Source of the DNA: Enterobacter phage fGh-Ecl02
Length of the DNA stretch: 64,000 nt
Reading direction: 5' to 3' (one strand)
Sequence record: ON212266.1
Of the stretch, positions 9,801-17,623 are shown one piece after another (within the stretch, counting starts at the first letter, position 1; each line of letters opens with the position of its first letter). The position numbers were made by a program, and so were the translations under genes. The notes beneath the pieces are model-generated. The model saw only the letters and a program-made list of their open reading frames with translations, was not told the DNA's origin and ran no database searches.

Positions 9801-11660
9801 ACGTACACCGACAAGACGACCACTACCCTGACTGGCGAGCAGATCGTTGAAACGCAGGTAATCCCATACATGCGCAAAACGAACATCAACTTCGAAGCCA
9901 CAGGTCTGCGTCCGTTCACTCGTGTGTATCCGTTCTTCTCTGGACGTGATGTGAGCGCGTACTGTACCCCAAACGGTGGTGTACTGGGTGGTGCGTTGAA
10001 CACTGATGCCAACGGCAACATCAAAGGTGTGTTTGCGGTTCCTCAGAACGAGACTATCAAGTTTAACACGGGTGACAACGTCTTCCGTCTGACTGACAGT
10101 CCTGTGGACAGCAAGTCTGCTGATGATACCCTGACCAATGCCGAGGCTGTTCATAAGTCCTTCGGCAAGAAACAGGGCATCCAGAAGACTTATGTCAACA
10201 CCCGCGTCCTGGGATACACTGCGACCAAGTCTACGGAAAACAAAACAGAGACGGTTGAAGTCGCGAAGTGGAAAGACCCGATTGCTCAATCCTTCATGGT
10301 TGCCACCAATATCGGCGGCGAATACATCGAAGGTATCGAAGTATTCTTCTCTACTAAGTCTCGCGATATTCCAATCACTCTGGAAATCCGCGAGATGAGC
10401 AATGGTCTGCCAGCGACGACTGTCGTCACTCGTAAGACTCTGAATCCATCAGAAGTTTCCATCTCCACAGACTCTTCTGTGCCGACGATGTTCAAGTTTG
10501 ATTATCCTGTGTATCTACAGGCGCAAACCGAGTTCGCGATTGTTCTCTTGGCCAACACTCAAGATTACAATGCGTACATCGCAGAGATGGGCAAGAAGAA
10601 CTTGCTGACCAACGAGTTCATTGCCAAACAGCCGTACACTGGCGTGTTCTTCACATCTTCAAATGGTACGACCTGGACTCCAAACCAGACTGCCGATATG
10701 AAGTTCCGTGTGTATCGCTGTAACTTCTCCGCTGGTTCAAACATCGTGACCTTCGATGCTAAAGTCGGTCCGAAGATCCGCCCTCTGGGTCTGAATACCG
10801 TGAAATGTGTCAACGGTTCTTCAACTGTTACTGTGTACGCTCCGGGGCATGGCCTGACTGCGGGTGAAAGTGTTACTCTGTCTGGGTTGACGGGTGGTTG
10901 CGGTTTCACTCCTGAGCAACTGAACGCTCAACACACTGTGACTGATGCGACGTTCACGACGTTCAAATTCGTTCTGAGTTCCAACGCCGACTCCGACGGT
11001 CAGATTGGCGGTGAAGCGGCTTCTTTCCTAGGCAACTACTTGGTAGACATGTTCTACGCAAGCGTCACCAATTCAGCCCTGGAAGGATCTGTGTTGAAAC
11101 TGGAATACCGCTATCGCGATGCGACCTCCAACTCATTCTCTGATTGGGTCGAGTTCGAATCCGATACGGACGTGTCTCTGCCGACGGAAGGTATCTATCG
11201 TCAGGTGGGTGACTTCCAGGTTCGTGCAACCATGACTCGCAACGAGAGTAATGTCTACACGGCTCCAATGATCGACGGTGATGATTTCACTATCATCTTC
11301 AACACCTACGGTGTGGATCCGTTTGAAGATGTGTTCAGCTATGTGACCAAGGATATCGGATTCGATAACCCTTGCACCACTCTGAAACAATACTTCGGCG
11401 CGATGCTACCTTCTCAGTCTTCAATGACTGTACAGGTTAAACTGCTGCGCGCAGGTCAGGAGATGGATGACGTGGAATGGGAAACTGTGACACCGACATC
11501 CCCTCTGGTCAATGACGGTTCTGCATTCTTCGAATATGAGTATGACAAGACTGTAGCCAGTACCAATCCTTTCGTTGGCCTGAAGATCCGCCTGCTGGTC
11601 AGAGGCAACCGCATAGCACCGCCGTCATTCAAAGATTTCCGTTTGATTGCTCTGGCATAA
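6822..11660 (+). CDS. Large virion-associated protein (1612 aa), putative baseplate/tail-fibre scaffold component
   Basis: Single uninterrupted 4.8-kb ORF in the structural module. Preceded by a late-promoter-like box (ACTAAATATC) plus a TATAAT. No recognisable enzymatic motif. Confidence 0.5.
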   Translation: MQEMNLNRRPYWDDWNPEKRFSRILFRPAPIKVQTRELNQMQTIFQDQLEKLGNHLFKDGSMVIPGGLTITNTAVSMKFTLAGGSEFTDLEGISELYVLGKDNNAKARVLSLERYPAEPDTMYAILEMTESGSSDGFEAGDNLYFNTYDVNDNFIRVGYGVADTVGGSIVARMTKGVYFVRGMFLDVEPTTLIVDNASNSTSHRIGFKVTETIVTEAEDESLFSNAQGTPNSKAPGAHRLRVDLVLSRYGYDEEVADFVELAKVKDGRIQSMVTQSTYNILEDAMAQRTYETNGDYNVSTHQIDLREHLKENNNGGVYTPAEGGDESKFVAVMKPGISYVRGRRIENLGEELVIIDKARDTDILNNNPVAVSTGNYLVSKNSKGVPVVSRTIRYKFLNASSDVQATALLISAERSGTEFRLYMRDLVVTGDMGTVTKVAYEESGTTMFSCELESNQFSQSSAIDLIFPLPVFGVKTLAPTGTIDINYTVLRSNKITLNAAGAGSISAPLGYSFSPEFSLYSAAKADGTAAQFDISSGLSLAGTPVGSALQISLGAGYANQSINLLALMVRTTATIKTKTVTEATETVTFTAAASTQLGNHDGYKLISVKNANGADVTSNFTLDGGQRDAAYYLSNLISSTGAISGTFTVVYQYFAHSSGDFFTADSYSSINYPDIPNYVSSSSGTVYGLADSLDFRPKITSGASDTDMVRPNTAIILDAEYYLPRIDAVYLADNGVFNVARGVSSNNLASPAIPDNGMRLYELMIPPYTANIDDIQIRTIDNRRYTMRDIGKLETRISNVEYYTSLSQLESSAMSQQVFDPITGNPRFKNGIAADPFKDFRLIDDLSADWVGSIDTDNGRLRPFVQQNAIDLTPVGWNNVQDGMVVCNYTREISVRQDYATTTINVNPYAVFNWEGFLKLNPTTDYWFENYYVTPRVINETINTRGAIKEGSVYGTWRTVSVSERVWEPHGAGGVWWGYRYRTTVSTRDVTTYTYTDKTTTTLTGEQIVETQVIPYMRKTNINFEATGLRPFTRVYPFFSGRDVSAYCTPNGGVLGGALNTDANGNIKGVFAVPQNETIKFNTGDNVFRLTDSPVDSKSADDTLTNAEAVHKSFGKKQGIQKTYVNTRVLGYTATKSTENKTETVEVAKWKDPIAQSFMVATNIGGEYIEGIEVFFSTKSRDIPITLEIREMSNGLPATTVVTRKTLNPSEVSISTDSSVPTMFKFDYPVYLQAQTEFAIVLLANTQDYNAYIAEMGKKNLLTNEFIAKQPYTGVFFTSSNGTTWTPNQTADMKFRVYRCNFSAGSNIVTFDAKVGPKIRPLGLNTVKCVNGSSTVTVYAPGHGLTAGESVTLSGLTGGCGFTPEQLNAQHTVTDATFTTFKFVLSSNADSDGQIGGEAASFLGNYLVDMFYASVTNSALEGSVLKLEYRYRDATSNSFSDWVEFESDTDVSLPTEGIYRQVGDFQVRATMTRNESNVYTAPMIDGDDFTIIFNTYGVDPFEDVFSYVTKDIGFDNPCTTLKQYFGAMLPSQSSMTVQVKLLRAGQEMDDVEWETVTPTSPLVNDGSAFFEYEYDKTVASTNPFVGLKIRLLVRGNRIAPPSFKDFRLIALA

Positions 11661-11709
11661 GTAGTATTAACAAGGCGGGGTTGCCCCGCCATTAACAGAG
11701 GATATTATC

Positions 11710-11958
11710 ATGCGTGGTGTAAAAGTACAAGGGCATGCATCGATGATGAGAAGTAGCTCTTGCCCTGGGGCTATCATCTGCACAGACAATGCTGCCGGTT
11801 TGGCAGCACTGAACGCTCGTCGAAATCAGGAAGAAAAGGACAGAACTATTGCAGCGCAGGCAGCGCAAATAGATCAACTGACAGCGATGGTACAACTCAT
11901 GGCAGAACACCTCGGGATTGAACTCCCGTCAGGAGGCCAAGATGGCAACCCAAACTGA
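11710..11958 (+). CDS. Hypothetical small protein (82 aa)
   Basis: ORF with SD GAGGA 8 nt upstream, after a stable hairpin at 11672-11692. Confidence 0.4.
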   Translation: MRGVKVQGHASMMRSSSCPGAIICTDNAAGLAALNARRNQEEKDRTIAAQAAQIDQLTAMVQLMAEHLGIELPSGGQDGNPN

Positions 11959-12280
11959 CACTGTGATCGATGTGAAAGCGATCCTCACCGGGGTGCTGAC
12001 GGCGACGATAGTCTCTGTTGGCTCGGTTGTTTGGATGATGGGTAAATTTGAGAATCGCCTTGATGTGGTTGAGCGTGACTCCAACAAGGTCGACCTAATC
12101 CTCACCAAGGTGAACGATATGAATGAGAAGATTGCTGTGTTAAACACAGACGTTAACTACGTCAAGCAGAACGTTGCTGAGTTGAAACTCAATAGCAACA
12201 GTCTATCCGATGACGTTCGCACTTTACGTATCACCGTCGCTGATATCCAGAGCAACAAGGGGAATGGCAATGGCCGTTAA
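11942..12280 (+). CDS. Small membrane-anchored coiled-coil protein (112 aa)
   Basis: Strong SD AGGAGG. Hydrophobic helix (ILTGVLTATIVSVGSVVWMM) followed by a heptad-like coiled coil. Stop overlaps the gp13 start (ATGGCCGTTAA). Confidence 0.5.
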   Translation: MATQTDTVIDVKAILTGVLTATIVSVGSVVWMMGKFENRLDVVERDSNKVDLILTKVNDMNEKIAVLNTDVNYVKQNVAELKLNSNSLSDDVRTLRITVADIQSNKGNGNGR

Positions 12281-13022
12281 TTCTATTGTTGATCGTAAAG
12301 GATTTATGAATTACATTCTCAAGAAATTGGGGGCACCTGTAATTCAGATCAACCTTGACCCAACGCAAGTTTCGGATGCTGTAGACGATGCTCTACAGAA
12401 GTTTTGGGAGTATCATCGTGATGGCAGTCAGGACGCATTCTTTGTTCACCAGGTGACTGAAGAAACTATCACCAACGGTTACATCGAATTCCCCAAAGAC
12501 ATCGACGACGTGGTTGAAGTCATCGTTGGCCCTCCGATTGAATCGATCGGTAACTGGGCAACCCCTCAATGGCAGATGGCCCAAGCCATGTTGGTACCAA
12601 AGGCTGCCCTCGTTTCCATCCGCTTGGTCGACTATGTTTCAATGCAACAGCGTTTGTCTGACATCACCAGTGTACTGAACGTGAAGCGCACCTTCGTTTA
12701 CAAGAAATTCCAGCGCAAACTCTACCCACAATTCGCCCTGATAAAGGACGAGGTGTTGGCGTTCAAATGCTTCCAGAACATCGACCCAGAGGTTGAGGGT
12801 AATGAAGAAGCATGGAATGATATGTGGCTGAAGGCATATGCAACTGCGTTGGTCAAGCGCCGCTGGGCAGAAGTGCTCAAGAAGGCAAGAGGCATCCGTC
12901 TCCCTGGCGGTATCGAGCTGGATGGCGATAGTATGTTCAGTGAGGCTGAAGCGGAGATCGAGCGTTTAGAGGAAGAACTGCGCACTGGTCAGCAGTACCC
13001 TATCGACTTCTACATAGGGTAA
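12270..13022 (+). CDS. 13: Neck protein gp13 homologue
   Basis: Alignable to T4 gp13: KKLGAPVIQINLDPTQV..YHRDG versus RRLGAPIINVELTPDQI..YHFDG, and C-terminal LPGGIELDG versus LPGGVTIDG. Confidence 0.8.
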   Translation: MAVNSIVDRKGFMNYILKKLGAPVIQINLDPTQVSDAVDDALQKFWEYHRDGSQDAFFVHQVTEETITNGYIEFPKDIDDVVEVIVGPPIESIGNWATPQWQMAQAMLVPKAALVSIRLVDYVSMQQRLSDITSVLNVKRTFVYKKFQRKLYPQFALIKDEVLAFKCFQNIDPEVEGNEEAWNDMWLKAYATALVKRRWAEVLKKARGIRLPGGIELDGDSMFSEAEAEIERLEEELRTGQQYPIDFYIG

Positions 13023-13050
13023 GAGAAGGCGGGTTGCCCCGCCCTTCTTT
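13023..13050. terminator. Bidirectional hairpin between gp13 (+) and the minus-strand 70-aa gene
   Basis: AGAAGGCGGG-TTG-CCCCGCCCTTCT, T-run on the + side. Both convergent genes end against it. Confidence 0.55.
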
Positions 13051-13262
13051 TAGATTTTCAAATCCAGGTTTCCGTTGCCACTACCACGCAGCAGACCGTC
13101 TTCTGTCTTGTCTTTGGAGTTCCACCACTCAATGAAGTCTGTGCCGTCTACTTCTTTCACCAGACCGACGATGTCGTAATCACCACCTCCAATCTTGGCG
13201 TCCACACAGATGATTCGGACGCGACGACCGCTGCGAACTTCTTTGATGTCTTCCACTTGCAT
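13050..13262 (-). CDS. Hypothetical 70-aa protein on the opposite strand, between gp13 and gp14
   Basis: ATG with SD GAGGA (spacing 7) on the minus strand. Flanked by a bidirectional hairpin (13023-13050). Not a low-complexity antisense artefact. Confidence 0.5.
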   Translation of the reverse strand: MQVEDIKEVRSGRRVRIICVDAKIGGGDYDIVGLVKEVDGTDFIEWWNSKDKTEDGLLRGSGNGNLDLKI

Positions 13263-13289
13263 GAGCTATTCCTCAAAAGAATAAACTTC

Positions 13290-13318
13290 GACTAAATACC
13301 TTCAAAATTGAGGGTATC
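13290..13318 (+). promoter_or_regulatory. Late-promoter-like box plus leader hairpin upstream of gp14
   Basis: cgACTAAATACC then ATACCtTC..GAgGGTAT hairpin. Confidence 0.45.
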
Positions 13319-13321
13319 GAT

Positions 13322-13972
13322 ATGGCCACTTCTAAATATTTCAACGCCACCAATCACCAAGGCACACAGAAGCTGATTGAAGATTTGGTACAGGAAATGA
13401 TTGAGTTGCGCGGGATAGACATCAAGTATATACCCCGTTCCATCGTTGAAAAATTTCCTATCACCAACGATGCTAACCACAGATTCGACCAGGCGTTCGA
13501 CATCGAAGCGTACATGCAGGATTATCAGGGCTTCAACACCCAGATGTGGGAGAAGTTTGGGGGTATCCAATTACAAGACGAAGTGACGTTCTCTATCTCG
13601 CGCCGCCGATTTGCCGAGGTGATAGGCAACGGTGTTGGGATTGAACAACAACCTCAGGAAGGTGACCTGATCTATCTACCACTGGCGAACAAGATCTTCA
13701 AGGTCAACAACCCGAACAACGATGAAGACTTCATGCAATTTGGCAAATGGTATACATTCTCTCTGCCGTGCACGTTGTTCCAGTACGGCAACGAAAACTT
13801 CGATACGGGCGTTCCGGAGATCGACGATATTGACAAACGTCTGTCCATCTTGGACGAAGAGAACGAACCGGACGTGTACAAGGATTCTTCTCTACAGACT
13901 GACAATGCTTTAGCAGATGATCTTGAGAAGGGGCTTGCAACAGACAATATGAAGATCGACTTTGGAGAATAA
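13322..13972 (+). CDS. 14: Neck protein gp14 homologue
   Basis: EGDLIYLPLANKIFKV versus T4 gp14 EGDLIYFPMDNSLFEI. Late-promoter-like box and leader hairpin upstream. Confidence 0.8.
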   Translation: MATSKYFNATNHQGTQKLIEDLVQEMIELRGIDIKYIPRSIVEKFPITNDANHRFDQAFDIEAYMQDYQGFNTQMWEKFGGIQLQDEVTFSISRRRFAEVIGNGVGIEQQPQEGDLIYLPLANKIFKVNNPNNDEDFMQFGKWYTFSLPCTLFQYGNENFDTGVPEIDDIDKRLSILDEENEPDVYKDSSLQTDNALADDLEKGLATDNMKIDFGE

Positions 13973-13974
13973 TC

Positions 13975-14670
13975 ATGGCCAGACCATTTGAAAATTACTT
14001 CTACCATGATTCATTGATGAAATACATCAATCTGTTTGCCACCATTATGTCTGATCTGAAGGTGAACACAGAGCGTGGTCTTATGGAAGTCCCATTACAC
14101 ATGGCCATCGGGAGACGCAATGACCTCAACAGGAACGTGCCGTCCAACATGCTTCCATTTGCGACTTTCTCTTTTGGTCAGTTTGAGATCAACAAACAGG
14201 TGACGAAGACGTACCACAATCGACAATCGACACCAACAGCAGGGGCGAAGCAGCGAATCCCCCTGATTATCGATTTTGAGTACAATATCCGAACCAAGAA
14301 ATTGGTTGAGATGTTACAGGTGCTAGAGCAGGTTTATTCGGTATTCACCCCCTCTCTAGACTGTGGTATCAAGGACAACGATACACTACAGCAAGACCAG
14401 AAGATCAAGATCCAACTGGTCAGCCACCAGATGTCCGATAACTGGGAAGGGGATGCTTCTGATTCACCACACGTCGACTGCTCCTTCATGTTCCAGCTGA
14501 GCGGCTTCATCTACGGGTATGACTATTGGGTGGACAACGGTGGAGGCGGGGATCCTAACGGGATCAAAGAGATAATTATCGAAATGTCTAATGATTTGAA
14601 AACACCGTGGACGGAACTGCCGGAGTGGTTCCGTGTTGACAAAGACGGTGTACATCATCCTGGAGATTGA
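13975..14670 (+). CDS. 15: Tail sheath stabiliser/completion protein gp15 homologue
   Basis: N-terminal FxxYxxLMxDL pattern and position after gp14, as in T4. SD GGAGA. Confidence 0.75.
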   Translation: MARPFENYFYHDSLMKYINLFATIMSDLKVNTERGLMEVPLHMAIGRRNDLNRNVPSNMLPFATFSFGQFEINKQVTKTYHNRQSTPTAGAKQRIPLIIDFEYNIRTKKLVEMLQVLEQVYSVFTPSLDCGIKDNDTLQQDQKIKIQLVSHQMSDNWEGDASDSPHVDCSFMFQLSGFIYGYDYWVDNGGGGDPNGIKEIIIEMSNDLKTPWTELPEWFRVDKDGVHHPGD

Positions 14671-14672
14671 TT

Positions 14673-15380
14673 ATGAGTGCTATGTCAGAACGCCTATTAT
14701 CCACCCTCAGCGCTATCCAAGCGCGAGATGAGGTCGCTCAAGAAGTCATGGAGAAGACCTCGCCTGTGGCTGGAAAGGATTACGATCCGGATACAGGCGT
14801 GTGGTTGGGTGAAAAGCCTGTGGGGTATGAGCCTGTGGTGTTTCCTCCTTCATTGGACCCAGAAGAGCTGAAGCCCAAGGAATCTAAGGTTCCAGACTTC
14901 GAAGACACTGATGCCACCACCGACTACAAACGCATCCGTGACACAACTTATGCCATGCAGGAAGCCACGATGTTCATGATGGGACAGGCAGCCAAACTTG
15001 CGACGACGACTGAAGCACCCCGTGCTTTCACAGTCTTCAAAGAGTTGGGTGAACTCATGCGCGGTCTGAACAAAGACCTGATGGAGAACCAGAAAACCAT
15101 CAAGGCGGTCACGGGCGACAGAGAGCCGCCTCCTGGAGACGAAACAACCGTCGAGGTCACCACGTCCCCTGATGGCACAACCACGGTCAACGTCGGTAAA
15201 CAGGCCAGGTCTTCCCGTGATCTACTGAAGACCATCGAAGACGCCCGTAAACGTGCTGAAGAACGTGCTGCAGCGAAATCTGCGTCCAAAGGACCTGATC
15301 CCGAAGAAGATGTAATCGACGTTCAGGCGGAGCCGCAGCCGAAGGAAGAAGGTGAAGACAATGGCGTATCAGAAGCGTGA
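14673..15380 (+). CDS. 16: Terminase small subunit gp16 homologue
   Basis: Central segment (DTDATTDYKRIRDT..AAKLATTTEAPRAFTVFKEL) parallels T4 gp16 (DLEDDYGVVRRN..AAKIFLETAK..PRHMEVFATL). Sits immediately before the terminase large subunit. Confidence 0.7.
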   Translation: MSAMSERLLSTLSAIQARDEVAQEVMEKTSPVAGKDYDPDTGVWLGEKPVGYEPVVFPPSLDPEELKPKESKVPDFEDTDATTDYKRIRDTTYAMQEATMFMMGQAAKLATTTEAPRAFTVFKELGELMRGLNKDLMENQKTIKAVTGDREPPPGDETTVEVTTSPDGTTTVNVGKQARSSRDLLKTIEDARKRAEERAAAKSASKGPDPEEDVIDVQAEPQPKEEGEDNGVSEA

Positions 15381-17571
15381 TGTAGAATACGCCCCGCTCA
15401 AGACGGGGTTTCGGACAGAAGACGTCAGACTGCGTATGGACCAAACGTTCATGCGCAAGCCGTCTGTGCGCGCTCCTCGCGTGGAGTTGATGCTAACAGA
15501 TGAGCAGGAATCGGAGTTCGTCGAGTGTGCGATGGACGCCCATTACTTCGCCGCCAACTACTACAAGATAACGACCATCGATAAAGGCTTCATCCTCTTT
15601 GATATGCACGATTATCAGAAGCAGTTGTTCCATGACTTCCAGGACTATCGATTCAATGTGGTCGTCCAGGCTCGTCAGTCTGGGAAATGTGTAAAAGGTG
15701 ACACGCTTGTCACAGTTTACGATACTCTCAGTCAAGAGGAATTGATCCTGACTATAGGGGAGCTTCACAGTCGCTTCGAGGACGTCAACCACGCTGTGCC
15801 ACTGAATACCATTGGCAACCATGACAAGTTCGTGGACAGCCGCTTCGGCAAACGTTATTTTGTACAATCCGATAGTGGCTGGGTTCCGGTTATCGCAGCA
15901 CATAAGACGAAGAAATATGCGGAATTCGTTATTGTCACCGTTACCGGGCGGCGAATTAACGTGGCCGATGAACATATGTTCTTCACTCCGGAAATGAAGG
16001 AGATATTTGCCAAAGACCTGAATGCTGGGTCATACATCATGACGTCAGAAGGTCCAGAAGAAATTCGTGAGATTTGGCAGACTGGTGAAATGCATCACAT
16101 GTATGACCTACAGGTGAAATCTAGTGATCAGCGCTACTACACCAACGGCTTCCTCAGCCACAACACGACAGTCGTGGCAGCATTCCTTCTCTGGTATGCC
16201 ATGTTCCACTCTGACAAAGAGATAGCAGTACTGGCGAACAAAGAGAAGCAGGCGATTGAAATTCTAGATCGTATTCGCAAAGCATATCAAGATCTGCCAT
16301 TCTTCCTCCAACAGGGTTGTGAGAAGTTCGGTTCCACGCTGATCGAGTTCGAAAACGGATCAAAGATCTATGCTTACGCGACGTCTTCGGACTCCATCCG
16401 TGGTCGATCCGTATCGCTACTGTATGTGGATGAAGTGGCGTTCATCGAAAACGACTTTGAGTTCTGGGAGTCTACATTCCCGGCGATTGCATCTGCGGAT
16501 ACTTCACGTTGTATCCTGACCAGTACACCGAAAGGCCAGCGTGGATTGTTCTACGACATCGTCACCAAGGCGAATCCAGAACATCCACAATACAATGACT
16601 TCAAACTCACAGAGGTCCCATGGTATCGTGTTCCAACGTACACCAAAGATCCAAACTGGGAAACCAAGCAGAGAGCGAAGCTGGGTGATGCACGTTTCGA
16701 TCAGGAATTCGGTATCAAGTTCCGTGGTTCTGTGGGATCACTGATACCTTCCAAGTGTCTGGACAAGATGACATCGAAGCTGTATCAGGAGCCGAACGAG
16801 TTCACCAAGATTTACCACGACTACGATCCGAAGCGCATTTATATGGGTATCGCAGATACAGGCAAGGGCGTCGAGGGGGATTATTCTGTGCTGACCATTA
16901 TCGACATCACAGACTATCCTCACAAGATCGCAGCCAAGTATCGAAACAACACGATACCTCCAATGATGTATGCGTACACAATCGCCGATATGGGCGAGAA
17001 GTATGGAACGTGCCCGATGCTAGTCGAGACCAACAACGACGTGGGTGGTCAGGTAATCACAATTCTATATCAGGAAATTGAATATCCCGAGATCATATTC
17101 ACTACAACAGATACCAAGGGTACAGGCAAGAGAATCGGTGGTCGCCGCCCTGAGCCTGGTATCAATACCAACAAGAAGGTGCGCACAAACGGCTGTGCCA
17201 ACCTGAAAGCCCTGATTGAACGTGAAATGCTGGTGATAGATGACCAGGACACGATAGATGAACTCAGTACATTCGTATGGACTGGAACAAGGTATGAAGC
17301 CGATGATGGTTGTCATGATGACTGTGTAATGCCCCTCGTGTTGTATGCATGGGCGGTGAAACAAGAATGGTTTAGTGATCTCACCAATTCAAATATCTCT
17401 GTGGACATGAGAGGACGGTTGTCTGCGATGGAAGAATCTCAGATGCTACCATTTGGGGGTATGATGTCGACGCCAGATCCTCACTCTGTGGAGAACATCC
17501 CAGGGTTCGGTGGAATTCAGGTTTATGATGAACGCTCTGGTATGTCTATGGAAGAATGGCTGAGACGGTGA
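15361..17571 (+). CDS. 17: Terminase large subunit gp17 homologue, interrupted by a mini-intein in the Walker A motif
   Basis: Exteins give ARQSGK|TTVVAAFLLW, a P-loop. Downstream ATPase/nuclease regions are T4 gp17-like. 739 aa versus about 610 for T4 gp17. Confidence 0.9.
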   Translation: MAYQKRDVEYAPLKTGFRTEDVRLRMDQTFMRKPSVRAPRVELMLTDEQESEFVECAMDAHYFAANYYKITTIDKGFILFDMHDYQKQLFHDFQDYRFNVVVQARQSGKCVKGDTLVTVYDTLSQEELILTIGELHSRFEDVNHAVPLNTIGNHDKFVDSRFGKRYFVQSDSGWVPVIAAHKTKKYAEFVIVTVTGRRINVADEHMFFTPEMKEIFAKDLNAGSYIMTSEGPEEIREIWQTGEMHHMYDLQVKSSDQRYYTNGFLSHNTTVVAAFLLWYAMFHSDKEIAVLANKEKQAIEILDRIRKAYQDLPFFLQQGCEKFGSTLIEFENGSKIYAYATSSDSIRGRSVSLLYVDEVAFIENDFEFWESTFPAIASADTSRCILTSTPKGQRGLFYDIVTKANPEHPQYNDFKLTEVPWYRVPTYTKDPNWETKQRAKLGDARFDQEFGIKFRGSVGSLIPSKCLDKMTSKLYQEPNEFTKIYHDYDPKRIYMGIADTGKGVEGDYSVLTIIDITDYPHKIAAKYRNNTIPPMMYAYTIADMGEKYGTCPMLVETNNDVGGQVITILYQEIEYPEIIFTTTDTKGTGKRIGGRRPEPGINTNKKVRTNGCANLKALIEREMLVIDDQDTIDELSTFVWTGTRYEADDGCHDDCVMPLVLYAWAVKQEWFSDLTNSNISVDMRGRLSAMEESQMLPFGGMMSTPDPHSVENIPGFGGIQVYDERSGMSMEEWLRR
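15688..16164 (+). mobile_element. Mini-intein (159 aa) inside terminase gp17
   Basis: Begins with Cys (CVKGDTLV, block A), ends with ...FLSHN followed by a +1 Thr. Too short for a homing-endonuclease domain. Removing it restores GKT. Confidence 0.8.
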
Positions 17572-17582
17572 TCACTAAATAT
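17572..17582 (+). promoter_or_regulatory. Late-promoter-like box upstream of gp18
   Basis: tCACTAAATATC, about 40 nt before the ATG. Confidence 0.45.
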
Positions 17583-17623
17583 CTTTCAAATTGAGCGAAA
17601 CTCTACAGAGAAGGAATAAGATT

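Noticed and set aside
9378-10289. 303-aa minus-strand ORF inside the 1612-aa gene, with similar antisense ORFs at 7248-7535, 7879-8157, 8411-8699 and 9761-10024
   Set aside because: Entirely embedded antisense to a long, well-supported gene. Arg/Ser/Val-rich low-complexity translations typical of antisense frames. No SDs.
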